Source: an uncultured Gammaproteobacteria bacterium
GTDB lineage: Bacteria > Patescibacteriota > Microgenomatia > Daviesbacterales > UBA10151
Direction of reading: 5' to 3'
Length of the DNA stretch: 64,000 nt
NCBI GenBank assembly: GCA_964523905.1
Contig: CAZFYQ010000004.1
Location: 31,535-95,534, forward strand
Under the pieces are notes generated by a model. That model ran no database searches. It saw only the letters and a list, made by a program, of their open reading frames with translations, and was not told the DNA's origin. Of the stretch, positions 53,419 to 62,598 are shown one piece after another. The translations under genes and the position numbers were made by a program. Each line of letters starts with the position of its first letter. Within the stretch, counting starts at the first letter, position 1.

Positions 53419-54121
53419 ATATGATGTAAACATCAAGGGCGTGGGATTGCCAGCCTGATGTATGAGCGTCGGGGAAGCCGACATCAATCATATTACCCCT
53501 AACACCACCACCAACATCTCCTGCTACAGCCACACCATATCCTGGAATATACAGTTTAGTGCCTAAAGGGATGACTGATGGATCAACTGCAATTACACCT
53601 TTGCCTTGATGCATGCCTGTTGCAGTCCAGTCATTACAGCCCAGACAATGAGAATCATACTGAGTGGCCCAAACATGGAGCTTTTTCCAGTACTGGATAG
53701 AACCATCTGGAGTATCTAAATCCCGCCAAACAATTTTGGTACCGCGGGAAATTTTTTTATCCTTTGCTTCTGTAGTATCAACTGAAATTACCTCTTTACT
53801 ATAAACTTGTCCATCTTTGGTATAGGTAATTTTGACAGTTTTTATGGTTTTACCATCTTCGCCTTCATCTAATACAGTTTCAGTTCCAGCTTCAGTTTCC
53901 GGGTCATCTTGATAGACTGTTTTTTTCGGTATTACCTCTGTTTCGGTTTCCACCTTTTCTGTAAAAGAAGACTGAGTAGTAATTGGTTGAGTGACTGGTA
54001 AAGTATCCGTTGGGGTTGGAGCATAATCAGCCAAGACCACTGGGGTTTGCCAAAAATATTTGACTAAAAAAGTGACGGCCAAAAGTAAGATAATGCCGAA
54101 ATAGCGTTCCAGCTTATACAT
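53411..54121 (-). CDS. 3D-domain protein with G5-like domain (MltA/YabE-like cell-wall protein)
   Basis: WATQYDSHCLGCNDWTATGMHQGKGVIAVDPSVIPLGTKLYIPGYGVAVAGDVGGGVRGNMIDV (3D domain), upstream G5-like KITYTKDGQVYSKEVIS. Confidence 0.65.
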   Translation of the reverse strand: MYKLERYFGIILLLAVTFLVKYFWQTPVVLADYAPTPTDTLPVTQPITTQSSFTEKVETETEVIPKKTVYQDDPETEAGTETVLDEGEDGKTIKTVKITYTKDGQVYSKEVISVDTTEAKDKKISRGTKIVWRDLDTPDGSIQYWKKLHVWATQYDSHCLGCNDWTATGMHQGKGVIAVDPSVIPLGTKLYIPGYGVAVAGDVGGGVRGNMIDVGFPDAHTSGWQSHALDVYIISN

Positions 54122-56000
54122 TTAACCAATCCTCCTTATCAATTATCTCAACATCTTCCAGCAAACTATCCTGATCTCGGAAATTGGTGTTGCCATCAAT
54201 TAAAGTTTCCGGAATATCAGCTAAAAACCGTGAGACTAGATTATTTGATCTGCTACCAAAAAAAAGCCGTGTTCTGGTATAGGTTAAATATAACTTTTCT
54301 TTAGCCCTGGTAATTCCCACATAACAAAGTCGTCTTTCTTCTTCCAGTTCATTAGGATCCAGCATTGAGCGTGAGTGAGGAAACAGTCCTTCCTCCATGC
54401 CTGACATAAATACTACAGGAAATTCCAGGCCTTTAGCGCTATGCAAAGTCATTAATGTTACTGCATCCTGGTCGAGTTTCTTCCGCCCAGGAGCATCTGC
54501 TGCCTCTACCAAAGCGACATTTTCCAAAAATTCAGTTAATTTCGGAAATTCCTCTGCCACCGAGCGCAGTTCTTTAACATTTTCCATACGATTAATACCC
54601 TCTTCTGTTTTATCATCCAAATATTCCATATACCCGGTTTTTTCTACCACCAAATCCATTAGCTCTAAACTGGTGTATTGATCCAGCTTACCGGCTACTT
54701 CAATATAAATATCCATTACGGCTTTTAGCCGAGCTTTACCGATTTTTTCCGCTCTTTTTAAAGCTACGGAATCCTCCGGATTTTGTAGCAGCCGTAAATA
54801 GCACAGTACATCTTTAATTTCTTTTCTTTGGTAAAACGAAGTGCCGTCCACTAATTTATAAGGCACGCCACTTTTTAAAAATTGTTCTTCCAAAGAGCGA
54901 GACTGGGCATTGGTGCGGTATAAAATAGCGTAATCGGAAAGTCGGGTTTGATCAAGCTGAGACAAGATAAAAATGGCTTCTTCTACCTCGTTTCTGGTTT
55001 CTACTGCCTGAATTTTTGCTCCGGCATCCTTATCAGTCCATAATTTTAAAACCGGATGGGATTTATTTTTGGAAATCACCCCATGAGCCGCATCTAAAAT
55101 TGTTTGAGTGGAGCGGTAATTTTGTTCTAGGCTAAAAACTTTAGTGCTGGGGTAATCTTTTTGAAAATTTAACATATTACGATAATCAGCGCCCCGGAAT
55201 TTATAAATTGACTGCGACATATCTCCCACCACACAAATATTTTGATGGCGTTTGGCTAGATATTTAGAAATTAAATATTGGGCAGGATTAGTATCCTGGT
55301 ATTCATCAATTAAGATATAGCGGAATTGAATTTGATATCTGGTTAAAGTTTGGGGGCTAACTTGAAATAACTTAATGGTTTTTAAAAGCAAATCATCAAA
55401 ATCAACCGCCTTATTTTTTTCCAGGATTTTTTGATATTCCAGGTATATTTTTGCCACAGTTTCCTGAAAATAGCCCCGGGCATATTGCGGATATTCCATA
55501 GCGGAAATCAGTTCATTTTTGGCACCGGAAATAGTGGTTCTAACAGAATGAGGAGAAGTTTTTTGAATCGGAATATTTAAATTATTCATCGCTTCTTTGA
55601 TCACATCCATGGCGTCACCCTCATCGTAAATCGCAAATCCCGGAGGCAAGCCGATTTCTCCGCCATCCTTTCGAAGGACTTTTGCGCAAAAACTATGGAA
55701 AGTTCCCATTAGTGGTAGTTGGTAGTTAGTAGTAGGTAGTTCGGAGTTAAGTAACTTGAGAATACGGTTTCTCATTTCTCCGGCGGCTTTGTTAGTAAAC
55801 GTCACCATCAGGATATTTTCTGCGGGAATTTGCTTTTCTTTGATCAGATAAGCTACCCGGTAAGTTAAGACGCGAGTTTTTCCAGAACCAGCTCCAGCCA
55901 GGATCAAAATTGGTCCATCTGTGGCCTTAACCGCCTCTTGTTGAGCGGGATTTAAATCGTCCAAGAGACTTGTACTGAGCGTACTCGAAGTAGCAGACAT
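54114..56000 (-). CDS. uvrD: UvrD/PcrA-family ATP-dependent DNA helicase
   Basis: Walker A AGAGSGKTRVLTYR, IDEYQDTN, GTFHSFC, TLHSAKGLEF, 628 aa. Confidence 0.85.
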   Translation of the reverse strand: MSATSSTLSTSLLDDLNPAQQEAVKATDGPILILAGAGSGKTRVLTYRVAYLIKEKQIPAENILMVTFTNKAAGEMRNRILKLLNSELPTTNYQLPLMGTFHSFCAKVLRKDGGEIGLPPGFAIYDEGDAMDVIKEAMNNLNIPIQKTSPHSVRTTISGAKNELISAMEYPQYARGYFQETVAKIYLEYQKILEKNKAVDFDDLLLKTIKLFQVSPQTLTRYQIQFRYILIDEYQDTNPAQYLISKYLAKRHQNICVVGDMSQSIYKFRGADYRNMLNFQKDYPSTKVFSLEQNYRSTQTILDAAHGVISKNKSHPVLKLWTDKDAGAKIQAVETRNEVEEAIFILSQLDQTRLSDYAILYRTNAQSRSLEEQFLKSGVPYKLVDGTSFYQRKEIKDVLCYLRLLQNPEDSVALKRAEKIGKARLKAVMDIYIEVAGKLDQYTSLELMDLVVEKTGYMEYLDDKTEEGINRMENVKELRSVAEEFPKLTEFLENVALVEAADAPGRKKLDQDAVTLMTLHSAKGLEFPVVFMSGMEEGLFPHSRSMLDPNELEEERRLCYVGITRAKEKLYLTYTRTRLFFGSRSNNLVSRFLADIPETLIDGNTNFRDQDSLLEDVEIIDKEDWLNV

Positions 56001-56065
56001 GAAGCATATATTACCATATTTACCGGCTTTTAAAATTACCGGAATAGTGATATTATACTTGTCCT

Positions 56066-56329
56066 ATGGCAACTGTAAAACTTCTAGATTTTTGGGCTGA
56101 ATGGTGCGGACCTTGTCGGGTAATGAATCCGGTTTTGGAAGAACTGGAAAAGGAACTGGCCGGCAAAGTCACTATTGAAAAAATTAACGTTGATGAAAAT
56201 CAACCAATGTCACAAAAATACGGGGTGATGAGTATCCCTACCTATATAATAGAAAAAGACGGTCAGGAAGTAGGTAGAAAAATTGGTGTGACCTCCAAAG
56301 CAGATTTAATGGCTTTGATTAATGGCTAG
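56066..56329 (+). CDS. trxA: thioredoxin
   Basis: WAEWCGPCR active site, 87 aa. Confidence 0.9.
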   Translation: MATVKLLDFWAEWCGPCRVMNPVLEELEKELAGKVTIEKINVDENQPMSQKYGVMSIPTYIIEKDGQEVGRKIGVTSKADLMALING

Positions 56330-56621
56330 TTTTAGTAAGCGTGTAATCTCAATTGTTAACAAGATTCCTGTTGGTAAAGTAACTACTTATGGCACTATTG
56401 CCACGATGGCTGGGATTCCGCGGGCTGCTCGGTTAGTTGGCGGAATATTACATGCCAAAGAAACTGAAATATCCTGGCAAAGAGTAGTAAACAGGCACGG
56501 ATTTATTTCTACTAAATGTTTAGAATTTCCCAAACCCTTACAAAAAGCACTTTTGGAACAAGAGGGAATTGAGGTTAGTAAAGATTTCATGATAGACTTG
56601 ACTAAATATGGTTGGCCCTAA
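56322..56621 (+). CDS. alkyltransferase-like (ATL) protein / MGMT DNA-binding domain lacking the catalytic Cys
   Basis: VGKVTTYGTIATMAGIPRAARLVGGIL and ISWQRVVN, where Trp replaces the Cys of PCHRVV; overlaps trxA stop and tpiA start. Confidence 0.6.
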   Translation: MASFSKRVISIVNKIPVGKVTTYGTIATMAGIPRAARLVGGILHAKETEISWQRVVNRHGFISTKCLEFPKPLQKALLEQEGIEVSKDFMIDLTKYGWP

Positions 56622-57282
56622 ACACCTCTGGATTGTTGCAAACTGGAAATCTAACAAGACTATTGCGCAGGCTTTGGAGTGGGTGGAAACAGTTGGTCCG
56701 CAAATTCCGAAGACGGTAAACTTAAAAGTGGTGGTTTGTCCTGCCTTTAGTTGTTTGTCTGAGGTTAAAAAAGCCGTAATGGTAGGAAATTTCCCAATAA
56801 TTGTAGGCGCCCAGAATTTATCCCCATTTGATGTGGGTGCTTTTACTGGTGAGGAACCAGCTAGTTTATTAAAAGAATTGGTAAGCTTTTCTATCATTGG
56901 TCATTCAGAAAGACGACAAAACTTTGGGGAAACTGATGAAATGATTGATGCTAAAGTTAAACAAGCTTTGGCCAGCAATATTACTCCCCTGGTTTGCGTC
57001 CAAAGTGCCGGAACTCCGGTGCCACCAGACTGTAAATTAGTCGCTTATGAGCCGGTTTGGGCAATTGGTACTGGAAATCCTGACACTCCGGAAAATGCCA
57101 ACCAGGTAGCGCTTAAAATCAAACAAGCAAATTCTCAAGTTGAGGTAATTTATGGCGGTAGTGTAACGGCAGATAATGTTAAAGGATTTAATAGTCAGGA
57201 ACATATTAGTGGGGTATTACCAGGTAAAGCCTCATTAAATCCTCAGGATTTTATCAATATAATTAATGCATGCAAGGAGTAA
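56608..57282 (+). CDS. tpiA: triosephosphate isomerase
   Basis: VVANWKSNKT, IIGHSERR, AYEPVWAIGTG. Confidence 0.9.
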   Translation: MVGPKHLWIVANWKSNKTIAQALEWVETVGPQIPKTVNLKVVVCPAFSCLSEVKKAVMVGNFPIIVGAQNLSPFDVGAFTGEEPASLLKELVSFSIIGHSERRQNFGETDEMIDAKVKQALASNITPLVCVQSAGTPVPPDCKLVAYEPVWAIGTGNPDTPENANQVALKIKQANSQVEVIYGGSVTADNVKGFNSQEHISGVLPGKASLNPQDFINIINACKE

Positions 57283-57288
57283 GTTTTA

Positions 57289-58518
57289 GTGAAGAAAATT
57301 GATTTACAAACAGATGGAAATTCCCGTAAACGTCCAAAAAAAAGCAAAAGAATTATTAAACTAATTATTTGGCTGATTGTTTTGGGCCTGCTATTCTATT
57401 TTGGACGCGGTTTATTGGGTTTTGATAAATCAAATCCTTTTAGTGGTTTGCATCTTTTGGGAGATACTATTAAATCCACTGACAACCGGGTTAATGTATT
57501 ACTTTTGGGGATTGGCGGCGGCAGTCATGACGGCGGTAATTTAACAGATACAATTCTAGTGGCTTCTTATAATTTAAAAACCAATCAGGTTTATTTTATT
57601 TCCGTACCCCGAGATTTATGGTTGCCTTCTTTAAAAGCCAAAGCCAATGCTGCTTATGAAATTGGTTTAAATCAGGGCAATGGTTTAAGTTTTGCTAAAA
57701 CCGTGATTGGCAATGTGGTGGGGCTGCCGATTCATTATGGTTTAAGAATTGATTTTAATGGCTTTATCCAAGCAGTGGATGCAGTAGGGGGGATTGATGT
57801 AACTGTGGAAAATAGTTTTGATGATTATAATTATCCGATTACTGGCAAAGAAGATGATCTATGTGGTTATACCACCAAACAAATTACCTATTCTCCAGAG
57901 GACGCTCAAAAATTAAATGTTACCCCAGGGGCACAAACCGTGTTTGTAGCGCCGGATGGGACTATTGCTACTAATTCCGCGCAGGAAGATATGGGTGCCA
58001 AGTATTTTACCTGTCGGTATGAACACATCAGTTTTAAAAAGGGTGTAACGCATATGGATGGAGCCACTGCCTTAAAGTTTGTTAGAAGTCGACATGGCAC
58101 GAGTGGTGAGGATTCTGACTTTGCCCGTTCCAGAAGACAACAACAAGTGCTGCAGGCTCTGCGGGGTAAAATACTTTCCCTTTCTACTTTATCTAGCCCT
58201 GGTAAAATCTCCGGTTTAATCAATTCCTTGGGCAAAAGCGTTGATACAGATATTACTTTAAAAGCCGGTGCCCAGTTTTATAATTTGATTAAAAAAATGA
58301 ATACGACTAATAATTTTGTTTTGGATAATAGTAAAAAGCTGGGATTACCAGGAGGCAGAACCTCTTTACTGATCGAGCCTAATCCAAAGGATTATGGTGG
58401 AGCTTATGTGTTGGTGTCCCAAGATGATGACTTCTCAACTATTCAAGGATTTATCAAAAAATTAATAAACGGGGAGGTTGACAATGAAGGTAGTCCTTCT
58501 GCACGGATCAGGAACTAG
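57289..58518 (+). CDS. LytR-CpsA-Psr (LCP) family cell-wall glycopolymer transferase
   Basis: N-terminal TM, VLLLGIGGGSHDGGNLTDTILVASYN, SVPRDLW, ALKFVRSRH. Confidence 0.85.
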   Translation: MKKIDLQTDGNSRKRPKKSKRIIKLIIWLIVLGLLFYFGRGLLGFDKSNPFSGLHLLGDTIKSTDNRVNVLLLGIGGGSHDGGNLTDTILVASYNLKTNQVYFISVPRDLWLPSLKAKANAAYEIGLNQGNGLSFAKTVIGNVVGLPIHYGLRIDFNGFIQAVDAVGGIDVTVENSFDDYNYPITGKEDDLCGYTTKQITYSPEDAQKLNVTPGAQTVFVAPDGTIATNSAQEDMGAKYFTCRYEHISFKKGVTHMDGATALKFVRSRHGTSGEDSDFARSRRQQQVLQALRGKILSLSTLSSPGKISGLINSLGKSVDTDITLKAGAQFYNLIKKMNTTNNFVLDNSKKLGLPGGRTSLLIEPNPKDYGGAYVLVSQDDDFSTIQGFIKKLINGEVDNEGSPSARIRN

Positions 58519-59131
58519 TGGATCTCGTAAAAAACTAATTGATTTAAAGCAAAAATTTGCCACTGAAAATGTGGTAACTTTTGAAGAGGGCAGCCCAGTC
58601 GCAGACATTTTGGCCAGTTTACAAACTGTTTCAATGTTTGACGGGGAAAGACTAATTATTGTCGAAAATCCGTCGGATGATTTTTCTAACTATGCCCTGT
58701 TGCCTGCACCCTGCACCCTAGTTTTGTGGTTTGACCATGAACTGGCTGCTAAAAATATTCCACCAGGTGTTGAAGTATTATTTTTTCAGGAAGCGCCAGA
58801 AGCTTCAATGTTTCCCTTGTTGGATAGTTTAGGAAACAAAGATAAAAAAGCCTTTTTGGAGCTGGAAAAAAGAAATCGCACTTCCCCCAATGACACGCAG
58901 TATATTTTTACCATGGTATTTTATTTGCTTAGAAGCCTTATTTTTGTACCAGCCAAATCCTCGGAATTTGTCAAAAAAAAGATGGCCAGACAAAGAATCA
59001 ATTTTACAAGGCCTCAGATAACAGCTTTGTACAAATTAATTTTGGAAACAGATTTTAAAATAAAAACTGGTTTAATGGAACCCAAACACGCAGAGTACTT
59101 ATTGATTGCCGGATTTCTTAATGGCGTCTAA
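58478..59131 (+). CDS. holA: DNA polymerase III delta-subunit-like protein (short), tentative
   Basis: VVLLHGSGTSGSRKKLIDLKQKF...FDGERLIIVENP resembles the HolA N-terminal domain; only 217 aa, so the assignment is weak. Confidence 0.35.
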   Translation: MTMKVVLLHGSGTSGSRKKLIDLKQKFATENVVTFEEGSPVADILASLQTVSMFDGERLIIVENPSDDFSNYALLPAPCTLVLWFDHELAAKNIPPGVEVLFFQEAPEASMFPLLDSLGNKDKKAFLELEKRNRTSPNDTQYIFTMVFYLLRSLIFVPAKSSEFVKKKMARQRINFTRPQITALYKLILETDFKIKTGLMEPKHAEYLLIAGFLNGV

Positions 59132-60028
59132 CATTAGGTCAATATCTTTTTGATTAACTGCGCCGTCACCGTTTAGGTCAGCTTTTTTATAACTGGCAAT
59201 GTTTTGCGGATTTTTCGGTTGGGGACCAAAATTTTCCAAAATTACTGCCATGTCAGCGGAGTTAATTTTGCCGTCTTTGTTTAAATCATAGTCAATGTTA
59301 TCAACCGGATTGGTTAAATCTAAATTTTCGCCTAACGTTACTGAGGGCAAACCCTGTTTTAAACTACTTAATTTAAATAGAACAGATGATGTGCCTTTAT
59401 CGGATAATATGACCAGTTTTGCCACAGTATCAGGAGTTAAAGGATAAATTCCTGATAAATCTTTTTTTCGGATTTGGGAGATCGGGATTAAAAAATTTCC
59501 CGAGTTTTTAGTTAAAGCTGCTTGGGTTGCAGCATCAGCAATTGATAGATAAACCAAAGCATCGTTTAAAGGCAGATTGTTACTAACAACTGATCCAATA
59601 ATTGGTTGAAAACCGGTTTGGCTGGAAATTGGGGTGGCAGTAGTGAAATTTCGTGTATCTGATGAGGTATTAGATACTACTCGATACTCGTAGATGGTTT
59701 TAGGTGACAAGTTTTTTAAACTGACAAAGTGCATTAAATGGGCTTTGGGATTTTTTTGATCTCTGTCATCTAACACTGTTTGTTCATCTAGGCTGTTTTG
59801 ACCAAATCGGATAAAAGAAGTGGAAGGGCTAGAGGTTTGCCAGGAGATGGTAGCTGTCGTATCAGATACATTGGAAACAGTAATATTTTGTGGGAGTAAA
59901 TCAGGTGAAGCCTGGGAGATAAAGGTTTGCTGCTTAAGACTTAGCAAAATACCTGCGGCAATTCCCAAAGCAATTACAGTCAGCCCAAGCAGTGTGGGTA
60001 TGCGAAATCTGCTGAAGAGATTTTTCAT
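59099..60028 (-). CDS. secreted protein with FN3-like N-terminal domain and dockerin-like C-terminal repeats
   Basis: Signal anchor; NITVSNVSDTTATISWQTSSP (FN3/PAPase-N-like); DLNKDGKINSADMAVIL and DLNGDGAVNQKDIDLML (dockerin type I Ca-binding loops). Confidence 0.5.
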   Translation of the reverse strand: MKNLFSRFRIPTLLGLTVIALGIAAGILLSLKQQTFISQASPDLLPQNITVSNVSDTTATISWQTSSPSTSFIRFGQNSLDEQTVLDDRDQKNPKAHLMHFVSLKNLSPKTIYEYRVVSNTSSDTRNFTTATPISSQTGFQPIIGSVVSNNLPLNDALVYLSIADAATQAALTKNSGNFLIPISQIRKKDLSGIYPLTPDTVAKLVILSDKGTSSVLFKLSSLKQGLPSVTLGENLDLTNPVDNIDYDLNKDGKINSADMAVILENFGPQPKNPQNIASYKKADLNGDGAVNQKDIDLMLDAIKKSGNQ

Positions 60029-60191
60029 TTTGTTAGGCTTGATGTATCAAAATCCGGACTAATTGGTTTCATTAATTCCTGAGTTTTTTGAGGTATTTCT
60101 ACCTGGGCGCGGGCATGTAAGACATTAAATAGCTCCCAAGCACAAATGGTAATGAAAGTTAACACCACAGCAATTAGTATTTCTTTTCTAG

Positions 60192-60797
60192 TCACTTTAT
60201 GTAATATGCCTTTCCGGTTATTGATAACACCAGTCCATCTCCTTCAGCCAATTTTGCCAAAGATAAGTTATCAACAGAGATTAACCTAGCAGAACTTTTC
60301 AAATCTTGCAATAAATTAACCAAGTTAGGATAGTTTCCTTCCACATTAAAAATAAAATCAATGTGTGCAATATCACCAACTGTATTATCAATTGGAGGGG
60401 TGAGGATCAAAGGCTGAATTTGCAAAGCAGAAATTGAGGCATCATGGGCTTTAGCAGTTTGCTCTAAAGAGCTAGTTAAAGTACTAATTTCAATCATATC
60501 CGGAACTGCGGTTGAAATTTTAGTTTTAATAGCAGGATCCATGTTATCGTAATTTTGTTTTCCCGTAGATAAATTTTTGGCTTTTAAAGTAACTTTTTCT
60601 AAGATCTGATTTTCATCAGCCAGATTTTTTTGTAACACCAAAATGGTTTCAATAGTCGGCTTGATGGCATAGACAATAAAAAAAACCATCACAAACAAGG
60701 TAAAAATCACTGAGCCGTAAGTTTTAACAATCGGCAGCCGGGTTACTGGTTTAATATAAGTAAAATATCTAGAATATCTTGATGATTCGTTTGGCAT
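60192..60797 (-). CDS. PilO-like type IV pilus assembly protein, tentative
   Basis: N-terminal TM followed by a coiled-coil and alpha/beta domain; adjacent to the PilN-like gene. Confidence 0.4.
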   Translation of the reverse strand: MPNESSRYSRYFTYIKPVTRLPIVKTYGSVIFTLFVMVFFIVYAIKPTIETILVLQKNLADENQILEKVTLKAKNLSTGKQNYDNMDPAIKTKISTAVPDMIEISTLTSSLEQTAKAHDASISALQIQPLILTPPIDNTVGDIAHIDFIFNVEGNYPNLVNLLQDLKSSARLISVDNLSLAKLAEGDGLVLSITGKAYYIK

Positions 60798-60802
60798 ATT
60801 TT

Positions 60803-61375
60803 TTAAATTCCTGGACTGGCATCTAAACTGACGCTAAAACTAATGCTGCTATTTTCCAGCGAAATACTAGTGACAGAAACATTTTGGAATGATGCATCTT
60901 GTTTTAAGCCGGCAATAAAACCGGCCAAACTAACATTATTATTGGCTGAAGCAGTGATGGTGGCAGCTACTTTGGCGCTGTTTTTATTTAAGTTTAAGGT
61001 AATAATTTTTACACCACTGGGAACTTCACTGGCAATTTTTTTAAGAATTATTGGATAATCAATATAGCTTGATTTAACAGAGGAAATAGTGGAGAGCTTC
61101 AGTTGGGTTTTTCTAATTGTGACCTCAACTGGCTGTAAACTTTCAATATATGGCAGTTGTTGAGCAATGGCATCTTTTTTAGCTGCTAAATCTTCATCTA
61201 ATTTAAAGCGGGAAATAAACACAATTAACACTAAAGCTTCAACAAAAATTAAAATATAGCGGCCACTGGATAAAAGCCATCGGATAAATTTGGAAAAGAT
61301 TTTTTCCGGTCTACTTTGGGGTTTTAATAAGTCTAAATTTAAGGCAGGAAACTTAATCCCTTTTTCTTTGGGCAT
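60803..61375 (-). CDS. PilN-like type IV pilus assembly protein, tentative
   Basis: N-terminal ALNLDLLKPQ (cf. INLLP motif), single TM, periplasmic domain. Confidence 0.4.
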   Translation of the reverse strand: MPKEKGIKFPALNLDLLKPQSRPEKIFSKFIRWLLSSGRYILIFVEALVLIVFISRFKLDEDLAAKKDAIAQQLPYIESLQPVEVTIRKTQLKLSTISSVKSSYIDYPIILKKIASEVPSGVKIITLNLNKNSAKVAATITASANNNVSLAGFIAGLKQDASFQNVSVTSISLENSSISFSVSLDASPGI

Positions 61376-61428
61376 GAATACATTTTACGTTTTTGTTAGG
61401 CAAAAAGGCAAGCCAGTCTGAGTAGGGC

Positions 61429-62187
61429 TTATAATGGTTTATCCAAAGACTGGTCGAGATTTTGAAGGGCCATTTGTATTCTAGCGGAAGCAAAAGAGAG
61501 CCCTTGAAAGTTCTCTTTAAGTTCTCCTAGAAGGGGTGTTGAATGCTCACGATGATATTCAAAGAGTGCGTCAAGTTTTTTTTGTGCATCTCCGTCTCCA
61601 TCTTTAGATTTCATTGTAAGTTCTACTACGCGCATGTTCCCTTCTAGTGTTCCATGGGTATATAAATCCAACTGATTCCTATTACCACGAACTTCCAATA
61701 GTCTATTCCTTACATGAGTTAGACCGGCTCTATCTCCTAATAGATGGGTTGGTATATCTCCTTCCTCAAAATAATGCTGGGTAAAACCTTTCCAACCTGG
61801 TGTTGGCACTCCTCTTATTGCATAAGCTATTGAGACTGTAGCTGCTAATTTATATGGTATGGTAGCAAGAAGACCTTGATCTTGAGCCTCTCCCCAAATT
61901 GAAACCATATCTAAAGGTTCTAGGGAAAAATCACCCGTATCCTCAATGGCATCTGCCAGGAATCCAAAATTGCCTTTAATAAAAGCATCCTTATTAGCAC
62001 TTTCTGCTATACCAGAAAGATCGGAATTTAGTCGGGCAATTCTTGGAGCATGAGACCTCAATACTAAAACTACTGGGTGAGTTACTCCAACTCTGGCTTC
62101 AGCCTGCGAAACCTGTTCTTTGGTTAAATTAGATTGCTCTGGGCTCATATTGAGGCTGAGTATAGCATTTAGGTTGTTATAAAGCAA
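61429..62187 (-). CDS. hypothetical protein (252 aa)
   Basis: No recognisable motif; not actin-like, so not PilM; GC-richer by eye. Confidence 0.3.
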   Translation of the reverse strand: MLYNNLNAILSLNMSPEQSNLTKEQVSQAEARVGVTHPVVLVLRSHAPRIARLNSDLSGIAESANKDAFIKGNFGFLADAIEDTGDFSLEPLDMVSIWGEAQDQGLLATIPYKLAATVSIAYAIRGVPTPGWKGFTQHYFEEGDIPTHLLGDRAGLTHVRNRLLEVRGNRNQLDLYTHGTLEGNMRVVELTMKSKDGDGDAQKKLDALFEYHREHSTPLLGELKENFQGLSFASARIQMALQNLDQSLDKPL

Positions 62188-62208
62188 AGTTCGCTGTGTT
62201 TTAAGAAA

Positions 62209-62496
62209 CTATTTCTTAGCAGTTGATTTTTTAGGAGCGGATTTTTTGGTGGAGATTACGGTTCCGGTTACACCTTTGGAAAGACGGGATTTTAATCTAT
62301 TGGCTTTGCTTTTGTGAATTAAATTCACTTTAACAGCTTTGTCTAAAGCAGAAAAAGCTGCTTGAAGATCAGTAGCAGCTTTGGAAATTCTGACTTTTTT
62401 AATAGAAGCTTTAACAGCCATGGCCCTTGTTTTATTACGAGCGGTTCTGACTTTATCTTTTCTAACTTTTTTAATGGCGGACTTAATGATTGGCAT
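62209..62496 (-). CDS. rpsT: 30S ribosomal protein S20
   Basis: MPIIKSAIKKVRKDKVRTARNKTRAMAVKASIKK..KANRLKSRLSK. Confidence 0.9.
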   Translation of the reverse strand: MPIIKSAIKKVRKDKVRTARNKTRAMAVKASIKKVRISKAATDLQAAFSALDKAVKVNLIHKSKANRLKSRLSKGVTGTVISTKKSAPKKSTAKK

Positions 62497-62556
62497 AAGT
62501 TACCCTGGAATGTTATCATGCCTATTCAGTTTTGGCAAGCAAGAATGCTAAACTTA

Positions 62557-62581
62557 AAATTATAGTAGGAGACTATAATTT
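62557..62581. promoter_or_regulatory. perfect 9-bp inverted repeat aaattatag-taggaga-ctataattt in the rpsT/murJ divergent region
   Basis: Read directly; contains TATAAT at 62574..62579, 20 nt before the murJ ATG. Confidence 0.4.
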
Positions 62582-62598
62582 TCTACATTCAAAAATAG

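Noticed and set aside
60063-60191. GC-rich patch catgcccgcgcccagg in the pilO / FN3-dockerin intergenic region, as a possible further hairpin-family copy
   Set aside because: It lacks the GTCAT/ATCTC flanks and is not a true palindrome. No ORF over 25 codons is present.
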